This document shows, piece by piece, positions 10,350 through 18,195 of a DNA stretch of 64,000 nt (its first letter is position 1; each line of letters starts with the position of its first letter). A program made the translations under genes and the position numbers. Source of the stretch: Anaerolineales bacterium (GTDB taxonomy: Bacteria > Chloroflexota > Anaerolineae > Anaerolineales > Villigracilaceae). Under the pieces are notes generated by a model that did not search any database, was not told the origin of the DNA, and saw only the letters and a program-made list of their open reading frames with translations. Where the stretch lies: the NCBI GenBank assembly GCA_035283125.1, contig DATEUN010000020.1, positions 6,092 to 70,091 on the forward strand, written 5' to 3'.

Positions 10350-10733
10350 TCACTCCACAAAGATCTCTACGTGTTCACCATCCTCTTCATCCATGACATC
10401 AACGATCTTTCCAGACATCCCATTTTGCAAAGCATCCATCACTTCGGACATATCCACCCCCGCAACTTCAGGAGCGAAATGTGCACCTATCTTCATTCCA
10501 GCATCAATGAGGCTGATCGGGATCTGGACGGTAGCCTTGGATCTTCCAGTCGTTGTATCGGTCACTCGCACTCTCAACCAGCGCGCACCGCTTGAGCTCA
10601 TCCCAACTGTTCCTGAACTGGTCGGTTTTTGACTGGTATTAAGGGCTGAAAGCAATTTTGCACCTTCTTCAGCATTAATTTTCCCTTCATCGATCATTTT
10701 CAAGATCTTCATTCTTTCTTCCATGTTGACCAT
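10350..10733 (-). CDS. Small soluble protein with N-terminal YvlB/LiaX-N (SHOCT-like) helix
   Basis: N-terminus is MEERMKILKMIDEGKINAEEGAKLLSAL. The C-terminal module ...VDVMDEEDGEHVEIFVE is paralogous to the next gene. Confidence 0.7.
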   Translation of the reverse strand: MVNMEERMKILKMIDEGKINAEEGAKLLSALNTSQKPTSSGTVGMSSSGARWLRVRVTDTTTGRSKATVQIPISLIDAGMKIGAHFAPEVAGVDMSEVMDALQNGMSGKIVDVMDEEDGEHVEIFVE

Positions 10734-10836
10734 CTTCGACCTCCTTAAGAGATACTGTTTCGATATTTCATTAGATTATTCGACTCTCACTTTTCGAATT
10801 TAAATATATTCCTGCATTTTCAACCATTTTTCATTA

Positions 10837-11475
10837 TCAACCGATAAAAACCTGGACCTTTTCACCGTCATCACCCTCGTCTACATTTACCACCAAGGGA
10901 TCGCTGGATTCGTGCAGGGCATCAATCATTTGATCTATGGGAACATTTTTTATTCCGTCGATGCTATTTCCGAAGTTTCGGAAGAACCAGGATGCCAAAC
11001 CGAGCGGCAACGGAAAGCCAAATCGTATCCTGCGAGGAAACTCACCTGGTTCCTGTTCAATGGAGACAAACAGCCAACGTGATGTTCTTGAGCTCCAACC
11101 CAACATGAGGATGAGAACTCCGAGGATCAATATTGGCAATCCAAGGCAATAGAATGATCCATTGAACCCTGCCAACGGCAGCATATTTCTGAACATGATC
11201 CAGCTTCCGATCGTGGTTATTGCAACCCCGATCCAAAATGGGATCATCCAAAGACTACGGGCTTTATCCATTGTTTTAGATATTCCAGGATCCTGTTCGG
11301 CAGGAGGAGGATCGATTACATCCGGATCCGGGGATGATGAAGCAGCAGGTCTCTGTCCAAACTCATCATTCGATGGTTGTTCATCCAACACCTGCATCAG
11401 GCGAAGTCCTTCCTCTGCGGAGATTTTTTCCTCCTGGATCATCTTCAGTATTTTGGATCGTTCATCAGATGTCAT
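10837..11475 (-). CDS. Membrane protein with N-terminal SHOCT-like helix (paralog of 10350-10733)
   Basis: N-terminus is SDERSKILKMIQEEKISAEEGLRLMQVL, followed by a Pro/Asp-rich linker and 3 predicted TM segments. C-terminus is ...VNVDEGDDGEKVQVFIG. Confidence 0.7.
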   Translation of the reverse strand: MTSDERSKILKMIQEEKISAEEGLRLMQVLDEQPSNDEFGQRPAASSSPDPDVIDPPPAEQDPGISKTMDKARSLWMIPFWIGVAITTIGSWIMFRNMLPLAGFNGSFYCLGLPILILGVLILMLGWSSRTSRWLFVSIEQEPGEFPRRIRFGFPLPLGLASWFFRNFGNSIDGIKNVPIDQMIDALHESSDPLVVNVDEGDDGEKVQVFIG

Positions 11476-11486
11476 TGTTATTCTCC

Positions 11487-12740
11487 TTATTCTTCAAGGG
11501 CAGCGAATAAACTTTCTGCTTCCTCAACACTGATCTTTTTTTCCTGGAGCATTCTAAGAATTGTCAACCGCTCATCGTCGCTAACCTTTGGTGCAGCAGG
11601 TTTCCTACCAGTGGAGAAATTGAAGATCTCAGTACCTCCGACAACTACCCTGCCAGAAGTTCCACGCCTGGCTCGAACCTCAGCTGCACGAACTCTTGCC
11701 TCAGCACGCCGCATTGCAGCTTCCACTTTTGCACTTGTTCGACGTGATATTCCTTCCGTACGCTTGTTCACCTTTTCAATGGCTTTTTGAACTTTCAGGT
11801 TAATTTTTTCGTTGAAATCACCTCTAAAGCCAGGTATTGGCGGGATTGGAGGTATGGGTGGAATCGGAGGAATGGGAGGTATCCCGGCAAAGTCTGACAT
11901 GCCCACACCAAAATCTGCAGCCGAACTCCATCGTTCGGATTTGTTTGTGACAACCAGGTCCCCACCAGCATTCAGGAAAAACTTCGCTGATCCATCACCC
12001 AGTGTTAAATCCTGGGTCGGACTGCCTTCAACAATCTCCACTCCAGGAATATCAACATGGAGAGAATCTTCATCGCCGCTCAATGTTGCCAGGTGCAACT
12101 CTGCATTGGCAGCAACTGGCAGGTGAAGGAGTAAATCTCCATCTGCAGTTACGCGACATTCCAAACCAGATTCAGGTATCAATTTCAATGCTGCATCTCC
12201 AGAAGTTGCTGCATTAATTGAACCTGCGATATTACTTAGAAAGAGATCCCCTTCCACCATTTCAAGGGTTACATTCCCTTCCACATCCCGGAGTGATGCA
12301 TCTCCCGATATGGATTTTGATGAACAATCTCCAGAACCATTATAGAGATTAAAATCACCGCTGACATCTCCCAATTCCACGCTGCCTACAAGCCGCAGCA
12401 TAACATCACCGGAAACATTATCAATGAATAAATTACTGGCTGAATTGATGGTCAAATCTCCAGATATATTCCCCATTTTGACTTCACTCATCATTGCCTG
12501 CAAGCCAACATCCCCGGAGATATCCCCAATTGTAAAGTTTGCCTGCCTTGGAAGGTAAAGGATGAGATCATCATCGCACGAGATCTCGAAAATGTTCTCG
12601 TTTGAGTCCACTACCAATTCTTCACCATTGGTCCTGGCCATGATCTCCGATCGATCCCAGCCTGCAACACGCAGGTCACCTGAGAGGTTTTCCAAGATTA
12701 TCTCGGATTCCGTATTTGCTTGTAAGATTTGCTGTTTCAT
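11487..12740 (-). CDS. DUF4097 beta-helix protein with (IPP)n linker, Arg-rich helix and C-terminal SHOCT-like helix
   Basis: More than 10 xSGD rungs (LSGDLRV, ISGDVGL, ISGDLTI, VSGDVML, VSGDFNL, ISGDASL...). Also IPPIPPIPPIPPIPPIP, RRAEARVRAAEVRARR, and the C-terminus DDERLTILRMLQEKKISVEEAESLFAALEE. Confidence 0.8.
   Translation of the reverse strand: MKQQILQANTESEIILENLSGDLRVAGWDRSEIMARTNGEELVVDSNENIFEISCDDDLILYLPRQANFTIGDISGDVGLQAMMSEVKMGNISGDLTINSASNLFIDNVSGDVMLRLVGSVELGDVSGDFNLYNGSGDCSSKSISGDASLRDVEGNVTLEMVEGDLFLSNIAGSINAATSGDAALKLIPESGLECRVTADGDLLLHLPVAANAELHLATLSGDEDSLHVDIPGVEIVEGSPTQDLTLGDGSAKFFLNAGGDLVVTNKSERWSSAADFGVGMSDFAGIPPIPPIPPIPPIPPIPGFRGDFNEKINLKVQKAIEKVNKRTEGISRRTSAKVEAAMRRAEARVRAAEVRARRGTSGRVVVGGTEIFNFSTGRKPAAPKVSDDERLTILRMLQEKKISVEEAESLFAALEE
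11833..11884 (-). repeat. In-frame 9-nt tandem repeat encoding (IPP)5-6
   Basis: The plus-strand ggNatNggN units (ggtattggc gggattgga ggtatgggt ggaatcgga ggaatggga ggtatc) translate on the minus strand to IPPIPPIPPIPPIPPIP. Confidence 0.9.
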
Positions 12741-12743
12741 TGA

Positions 12744-13127
12744 TCACTCCTCTCCTTCCAACAATCGTCGGGCAACATCCGCTGTGATGGTGCCTTCATC
12801 CAGATCCTGGAGGATCTTGAGGCGCTGCTCTGCAGATATTTCTTCTGTATCATCATCCTTTCCGGGTTCATAGCCCATTGCCCGGATCACTTCATGCAAT
12901 CTATTTCTAATGGTCGGATAAGACAAGTTCAACTCATCCTCCATGCGGTTTATCTTGCCTTCACAGCGAACAAATGTTTCCACAAAATCCAACTGCTCGA
13001 GGGTTAATCCAGGAAATGCTCCATTTGTGAAGCGGCCCTCAATGGTGGTGTCACAAGATGGGCAATACAAACGGGAAACCACAAGTTCACTATCACATAT
13101 GGGGCAGGCACTCAACGATTGTTTCAT
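12744..13127 (-). CDS. DUF2089 family Zn-ribbon/HTH protein with C-terminal SHOCT-like helix
   Basis: CPICDSEL...CPSCDTTIEGRF zinc ribbon and LTLEQLDFVETFVRCEGKINRMEDELNLSYPTIRNRL (DUF2089 HTH-like core). C-terminus is EQRLKILQDLDEGTITADVARRLLEGEE. Confidence 0.8.
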   Translation of the reverse strand: MKQSLSACPICDSELVVSRLYCPSCDTTIEGRFTNGAFPGLTLEQLDFVETFVRCEGKINRMEDELNLSYPTIRNRLHEVIRAMGYEPGKDDDTEEISAEQRLKILQDLDEGTITADVARRLLEGEE

Positions 13128-13374
13128 ACTTCACCTCTTTTTTATCACTATCACCTGGTCCTGCGTTACAGCAAGACCGGGATCAAGATACTTTTCCTTG
13201 AAAAACCCTTATTTGTATTAAAATTATACACAATTATATTGATAAGTCAAGGTTTATTATTCAAATATATTAAAATTCTTATTAATTTTATTTACTATTT
13301 CCTTTGAAAGGTTCATTTTATTGATAATGACACCTCTTGTCATGACAACAAATCAATAATTCCTGACAACAACC

Positions 13375-13404
13375 TTGACAACGAACATATGTTCGTGTTA
13401 TTAT
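13375..13404 (+). promoter_or_regulatory. Putative lexA promoter: -35 TTGACA (13375-13380), -10 TTATTA/TATTAT (13398-13404)
   Basis: Consensus -35 hexamer with an A/T-rich -10 at 17-18 nt spacing, about 40 nt upstream of the lexA ATG. Confidence 0.6.
13382..13395. promoter_or_regulatory. LexA operator (Cheo-type SOS box CGAACATATGTTCG)
   Basis: Perfect 14-bp palindrome matching GAAC-N4-GTTC, located inside the -35/-10 spacer of lexA. Confidence 0.85.
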
Positions 13405-13441
13405 TAGCACAAATGAGCGAATATTTGAAAGGCAGGTAATC

Positions 13442-14161
13442 ATGGTCAGACCTCGAAAGGGAATCAACGAAAGGCATCAGAAGATCCTGGATTATCTTGG
13501 CAGGCGCCAGGAAAAACAAGGCTATCCCCCATCCATTCGTGAGATTGGAGAAGCAACCGGTATTTCTTCGACATCTGTTGTCACCTATTACTTAAAACAA
13601 CTGGAAGAGATGAACCTGATCGAGAGGGACCATAACGTTTCAAGAGGTGTACGACTTACAAACCAGGTTCAAAGGTCTTTCAACAAGGCAGCTCATGCAG
13701 TCAGTGATATTGCCTCAAGTATTCAAGAAATGCTAAGCATACCGGTACTTGGACGTATCGTCGCAGGAGAACCCATATCCACCCCCGCGTCTGATTTTAC
13801 ATACTTTGATGCTGAAAGTAATATCCAGATAGCGCGCAGCCTACTTTCTTCCAAGGAAAAAACAAGTGAGTTATTTGCACTTGAAGTTGAAGGAACATCC
13901 ATGATCGACGCAATGGTTAATGACGGCGATCTTGTCATTATGAAGAAAGCTGAAACTGCAAAAAACGGAGAAATGGTGGCGGTTTGGTTAAAAGCCAGCG
14001 ACCAGACTACATTAAAGTATTTTTACAAGGAACCCAAACGGATCCGTCTTCAACCTGCCAATCCGACCATGGATCCAATCTATGTTGACAGCTCAGCCGA
14101 TCTGATCATTCAGGGTAAGGTGGTTATGGTCATCAGGAAAGTTGATACCCTGGCTGCCTAG
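13442..14161 (+). CDS. lexA: LexA repressor
   Basis: N-terminal winged HTH (PPSIREIGEATGISSTSVVTYYLKQLE), cleavage site VAG|EP, catalytic GTSM and VIMKK, and C-terminal LQPANP. Confidence 0.95.
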   Translation: MVRPRKGINERHQKILDYLGRRQEKQGYPPSIREIGEATGISSTSVVTYYLKQLEEMNLIERDHNVSRGVRLTNQVQRSFNKAAHAVSDIASSIQEMLSIPVLGRIVAGEPISTPASDFTYFDAESNIQIARSLLSSKEKTSELFALEVEGTSMIDAMVNDGDLVIMKKAETAKNGEMVAVWLKASDQTTLKYFYKEPKRIRLQPANPTMDPIYVDSSADLIIQGKVVMVIRKVDTLAA

Positions 14162-14186
14162 TCATCTAAACCCAAATATCGGTGTA

Positions 14187-14220
14187 AGAGTCATCCAGGT
14201 TGGATGACTCTTTATTTATT
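14187..14220 (+). terminator. Rho-independent terminator after lexA
   Basis: agagtcatcca / tggatgactct stem followed by ttatttatt. Confidence 0.7.
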
Positions 14221-14235
14221 ATCTTCGTTGTGATT

Positions 14236-15159
14236 TTATTGTAAGATCACCAGCACTGAATCCATCACCAGCGTAGTTCCATCTGCCATGCTGGTTTCAT
14301 AAACCTCAATCCTGACCAATCCGGGAGTGGGATCTGCCTCTGTTATATCAACCATATCCGAAAATGTCCCGGGATCACCGGGGTTTGCCACCGGGGCCAT
14401 AAAAGAACCCTGGTAGATGACCTGGTCATTGACATCCATAACCCTTACCACAAAGGTAGATTCGAATGGGGAGATGGTGAAACTACCGGAGACATGGAAC
14501 TGATTAGAGATGACACTGCCAGGTAGTGGCTCATTCAAGGTGATATCACGAAACGAGGAACCTTCCGTACCTGTGGTGATGTGCACCAAACGGAAACCAA
14601 ATCCGGGGTAGTATTCAAAAGACCTGGTCATGGACATACTTGGACAACAAAGCCCATCGTTTGGTCCATGAACGAGCATATCCATGGTGATTCGCTTGTT
14701 ATCAAAACTCATTTCATTAACAACAACTCTATCACCCAGGTAATACCCCTGTCCCGGTGAAGCAATTCCTTCAATATTCATTACTGGAACCAGGTATTCA
14801 AATTGCCCTGTCCCACCATGATTTTCAACAAGGATGACAGCAGCATCCTCATTCTCGTCTCCATCCAGATCTGCAAAAACGACCTTATCCAGAAGTGATA
14901 CCCTTAATGTTTCAGCTCCTGTGACATTTTCATATGCTCCATCTAGCAGCAATACCCTGGTAGATCCATCGCCCAGAAGATATTCAATGTTCTTTAATCT
15001 ATCGACTGTCAGGTTTTTTTGTTCGGGAGATAACTGCGTTTCAGTGGATACCAGATTTTCAGGAGATGCAGTTAGACCGGGTTGTGGAAGATTTGGAAAA
15101 CATCCTGTCAACATTAAGAGAAGTATGGAAAAATAAAAAATTGAAAAGCGTGTTTTCAT
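14236..15159 (-). CDS. Lipoprotein with C-terminal Gmad2 immunoglobulin-like domain
   Basis: Signal peptide plus lipobox LLMLTGC. The C-terminal FHVSGSFTISPFESTFVVRVMD...VRIEVYETSMADGT matches the Gmad2 pattern. The start was moved to the ATG at 15159, preceded by GGAGGAGG. Confidence 0.65.
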   Translation of the reverse strand: MKTRFSIFYFSILLLMLTGCFPNLPQPGLTASPENLVSTETQLSPEQKNLTVDRLKNIEYLLGDGSTRVLLLDGAYENVTGAETLRVSLLDKVVFADLDGDENEDAAVILVENHGGTGQFEYLVPVMNIEGIASPGQGYYLGDRVVVNEMSFDNKRITMDMLVHGPNDGLCCPSMSMTRSFEYYPGFGFRLVHITTGTEGSSFRDITLNEPLPGSVISNQFHVSGSFTISPFESTFVVRVMDVNDQVIYQGSFMAPVANPGDPGTFSDMVDITEADPTPGLVRIEVYETSMADGTTLVMDSVLVILQ

Positions 15160-15181
15160 AAATACCTCCTCCAAACAGAGA

Positions 15182-16393
15182 TCAAGGAATCAAAGGATTC
15201 CAGGTTGCACCACCGTCAAGTGTTGTGTAAAACAAATGGTGATCGGATGCATCCGCTGTCAACATCCACCCTGTATTAGCATCCACAAAATCCACCTTGG
15301 CGAGGATTTCCCGAACATCCACATTGGTGGCAATTGATGACCATGATAAGCCGCCATCATGGCTGCTCAACAAGGATGGACCACCGTCCCACACTATAAA
15401 ATCTGAAGGTGATACCAGGCAAATTTCGCCAGTCGAAAGCAATGGTTCCAACGGAGACCAATTCACGCCTCCATCTGATGTATGATAAAAAATGTAAACA
15501 GTATTTGTCCCATAACTTCGAATCGGAAGGATACCATTCGAATCATCGAAAAAGCGGGGAGGCAAGACCACGGTCATGGTTGAAGCGTAACCTTCGGGAA
15601 GCACAATATTCTGCTTTACCCAATCTGCACCACCATTCTGGCTGGCATAAAGGTAAACAAAGCCTTCCATAGGGATGCTTCCCCCGACCCATAAATTCAT
15701 AGAATCAAGGACACCCAACCCACTTTTTTGACCGCTGAAAGGCAGGCTATTAACATCATCTCCCATTCCGGCCTGCATTTCGTATACAGCGGTCCAATTG
15801 TGACCTCCATCATTTGTCGAATAGATATCGACAGCGGAAGAACCAGCTGCAGCACCTCTGCCAACAAGGATGAAACCCAAGCTTGGGTCAATGAAATTAA
15901 TATCTCCTCCACCAAAAGGAACAGGCAACAGCTCCCAATTCTGTCCCCCATCCGTTGTTATAGCAATTGTTCCGTCCTGGAAATTATCAGCAGGGATCAC
16001 AACCCAGCCATTAAGGGGATCAATGAAGAAAACACTAGAGGAGTAACCAAGCCTGGTTACGCCAGGAGGTGTGATGTCGAACCAGGAAGTTCCTCCATTA
16101 TTGGTAATAACAAGTTTATCCTCTGTAGCTCCCCACCCATTCAAGGTATCAAGTATATTAAAAATTAACAACTGGGGTGCATTTACTTCGGTAAAATGCT
16201 GGGATATGCTGGTTAGGTTTACTTCTTCTGTTGCGGTAGGAGAAGATATTGCAAGCAAGGTAGGAGATTGGGTTATCCCAGAAACCTGTATAGTAGGTGT
16301 CAAACTTGCATCCTGGCTTGAACATCCAATTATGGTTGTCATACATACCGTTATGATCAAAATATTTTTCAGGGATCCTTCAATTTTTAGCAT
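15182..16393 (-). CDS. BNR/Asp-box repeat (Ycf48-like beta-propeller) lipoprotein
   Basis: Repeated Asp-box motifs TNNGGTSW, TTDGGQNW, TNDGGHNW, SQNGGADW, TSDGGVNW, SHDGGLSW and TLDGGATW. Lipobox TTIIGC. The start was moved to 16393 (GGAG SD). Confidence 0.75.
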   Translation of the reverse strand: MLKIEGSLKNILIITVCMTTIIGCSSQDASLTPTIQVSGITQSPTLLAISSPTATEEVNLTSISQHFTEVNAPQLLIFNILDTLNGWGATEDKLVITNNGGTSWFDITPPGVTRLGYSSSVFFIDPLNGWVVIPADNFQDGTIAITTDGGQNWELLPVPFGGGDINFIDPSLGFILVGRGAAAGSSAVDIYSTNDGGHNWTAVYEMQAGMGDDVNSLPFSGQKSGLGVLDSMNLWVGGSIPMEGFVYLYASQNGGADWVKQNIVLPEGYASTMTVVLPPRFFDDSNGILPIRSYGTNTVYIFYHTSDGGVNWSPLEPLLSTGEICLVSPSDFIVWDGGPSLLSSHDGGLSWSSIATNVDVREILAKVDFVDANTGWMLTADASDHHLFYTTLDGGATWNPLIP

Positions 16394-16581
16394 GGGAACT
16401 CCACTACATATTTTCAATCCAGGCGAATACTATTATTCGCATCAAATCAACCCACTCCAATATTGTATCTTCTTCGTTAAACCATCCGATGACAGAATTC
16501 TACCACCGGGAGACCAAGCATGGAAACAATGGAGATGCAAGGAAATTATTGATTTGGTCGATTGTTGTATAATGAATTAAG

Positions 16582-18141
16582 ATGAATCCAGGAACCGTGC
16601 CCAGGCAAAATCTCAAGGGTGAAACTGAATCTTTCGACAGCAGCATTACCAACCTGCTCGAGGAAATAGAACTGTCCATTAAATGGGACCGCCCATCCAT
16701 ATTGCTTGCTGTTTACCACTCAGAAGTCATAGGGAGGCAGGCACAGTCTGCTCTCGAGAAACAAATCTTCTCACTTAGGTACAAGGTCACCCACATCAAA
16801 GTGGACAAGGAAAACTTCGATCTGGCCTGGTTTCTCTCTCAATTCGACCAGCATGAGCAGGTCGTTTTCTTTGTATCCGGTTTGAGGTGGGGAGGTGGAC
16901 GAAGCCGGACAAACGCCTATCAGGCATTGAATCTTCGCAGAGAACTATTCGTGAGCCAAAAAATTCGCATGGTGATTTGGTTGAATCCCGGGGAAGCGGT
17001 CAATCTTCCCATCCATGCCCCGGATTTCTGGGCTTTTCGTCATCGTGTGGTCGAATTTACAGATAAATCATCGCACCCAATCAATGAGTCACAAAAGGGA
17101 TACACAAATCCAATCACAAGACACGATCTACTCTCCTGGCGTGACTGGCAGATCAACGAAACAGCAGACAGGATCAATGAGAAGATCAAACTTAGGGAAT
17201 CTCTCCTGGCTGGCATGCCTGTCAGTGATTCATCACTGTTCATGCGAACCGAACTGATGTATACACTTGCTTTCCTTTATTGGAATAAAGGCAGGTTTGA
17301 CAAGGCAGAGAACTACCTGGAACAAGCACTTGTTCTAACGCGTTTCCCGGATGGTATTTCCATGAAATCGAAACTCCAGGTTGCGACAGGAATTCTGTAC
17401 CATGACCAGGGTGATCTTGAGAAAGCCATCCAGCGATACAAAAAAGCTCTTGAAACTAACCGGGATTATTCTCATGGTTGGAATAATCTTGGCAGGGCAT
17501 ACCTGGATTCAGGGCACAGGGAGGAAGCACTTGAAGCTTACAATCGATCTGTCAAGCTCGATCCCAGGAATGCGAACGCCTGGAATAATCTTGGGAATTA
17601 TTACAGGTTGAATGGAGAATTCCAAAAAGGAGTTGATGCTTACAAAAAAGCTTCCAGGTTCGAATCCCTTCTTGATATCCCATTGATCAATATCGCATCT
17701 GCATATCTTGATCTTGGACAACCAGATAAAGCCATCCGGGCATTAAAAAAAGCAAACCGAAGTGATCCATCCAATGTTGTTACCCTTATGAAACTGGGTA
17801 ATATTTACCATGGCATGAATCGATTCAAAGATGCCAGGACTGCATACAGCAATGCGAACAAAGAAGATCCTTCTTATTTCCCTGCATACATCGGTTTGAT
17901 CGCATGCGATATAGCAATGAAAAAACCTCGATCAGCCAAGAAACACATCTCCCAGGCGCTTCCTTTCCTTGCAAACCAAAATGAATTGCTGCAGGCAGAA
18001 TTTGAAACACAACGAGGAGATGACGAGAAGGCTGGCAAACTGTTAAAGAGAGCATTACAGAAAAACCTTACCACGATCCAGGAAGTTGATCGAAACCCTT
18101 TTCTATATTCGTTGCGAGAACATGACCTTTCATCTACTTAG
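16582..18141 (+). CDS. TPR-repeat protein with ~140-aa N-terminal module shared with 22623-26141
   Basis: TPR units (YWNKGRFDKAENYLEQAL, GDLEKAIQRYKKALETN, GHREEALEAYNRSVKLDP, GEFQKGVDAYKKA...). N-terminal residues about 24-160 are paralogous to the second TPR gene. Confidence 0.8.
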   Translation: MNPGTVPRQNLKGETESFDSSITNLLEEIELSIKWDRPSILLAVYHSEVIGRQAQSALEKQIFSLRYKVTHIKVDKENFDLAWFLSQFDQHEQVVFFVSGLRWGGGRSRTNAYQALNLRRELFVSQKIRMVIWLNPGEAVNLPIHAPDFWAFRHRVVEFTDKSSHPINESQKGYTNPITRHDLLSWRDWQINETADRINEKIKLRESLLAGMPVSDSSLFMRTELMYTLAFLYWNKGRFDKAENYLEQALVLTRFPDGISMKSKLQVATGILYHDQGDLEKAIQRYKKALETNRDYSHGWNNLGRAYLDSGHREEALEAYNRSVKLDPRNANAWNNLGNYYRLNGEFQKGVDAYKKASRFESLLDIPLINIASAYLDLGQPDKAIRALKKANRSDPSNVVTLMKLGNIYHGMNRFKDARTAYSNANKEDPSYFPAYIGLIACDIAMKKPRSAKKHISQALPFLANQNELLQAEFETQRGDDEKAGKLLKRALQKNLTTIQEVDRNPFLYSLREHDLSST

Positions 18142-18195
18142 TTAATAAAGAGAATTTATGATCCAATTGGGATTTTTAAAACAACACGAGGGTTA

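Noticed and set aside
11833-11884. Short tandem repeat that could be mistaken for a CRISPR-like or VNTR element
   Set aside because: The unit is 9 nt, in frame, has no spacers and encodes (IPP)n inside a long ORF. It is a coding repeat and is reported as such.
16071-16580. 169-aa plus-strand ORF (and 15728-16168, 146 aa) opposite the BNR lipoprotein gene
   Set aside because: The minus-strand frame has seven Asp-box motifs and a lipobox. The plus-strand ORFs are low-complexity shadow frames.
17657-17667. GGTTCGAATCC, a tRNA T-loop-like string
   Set aside because: The flanking bases (ccagg / cccttc) cannot form a T-arm stem and no acceptor or anticodon arms can be drawn. It lies in frame inside the TPR1 coding sequence (..SRFESL..).
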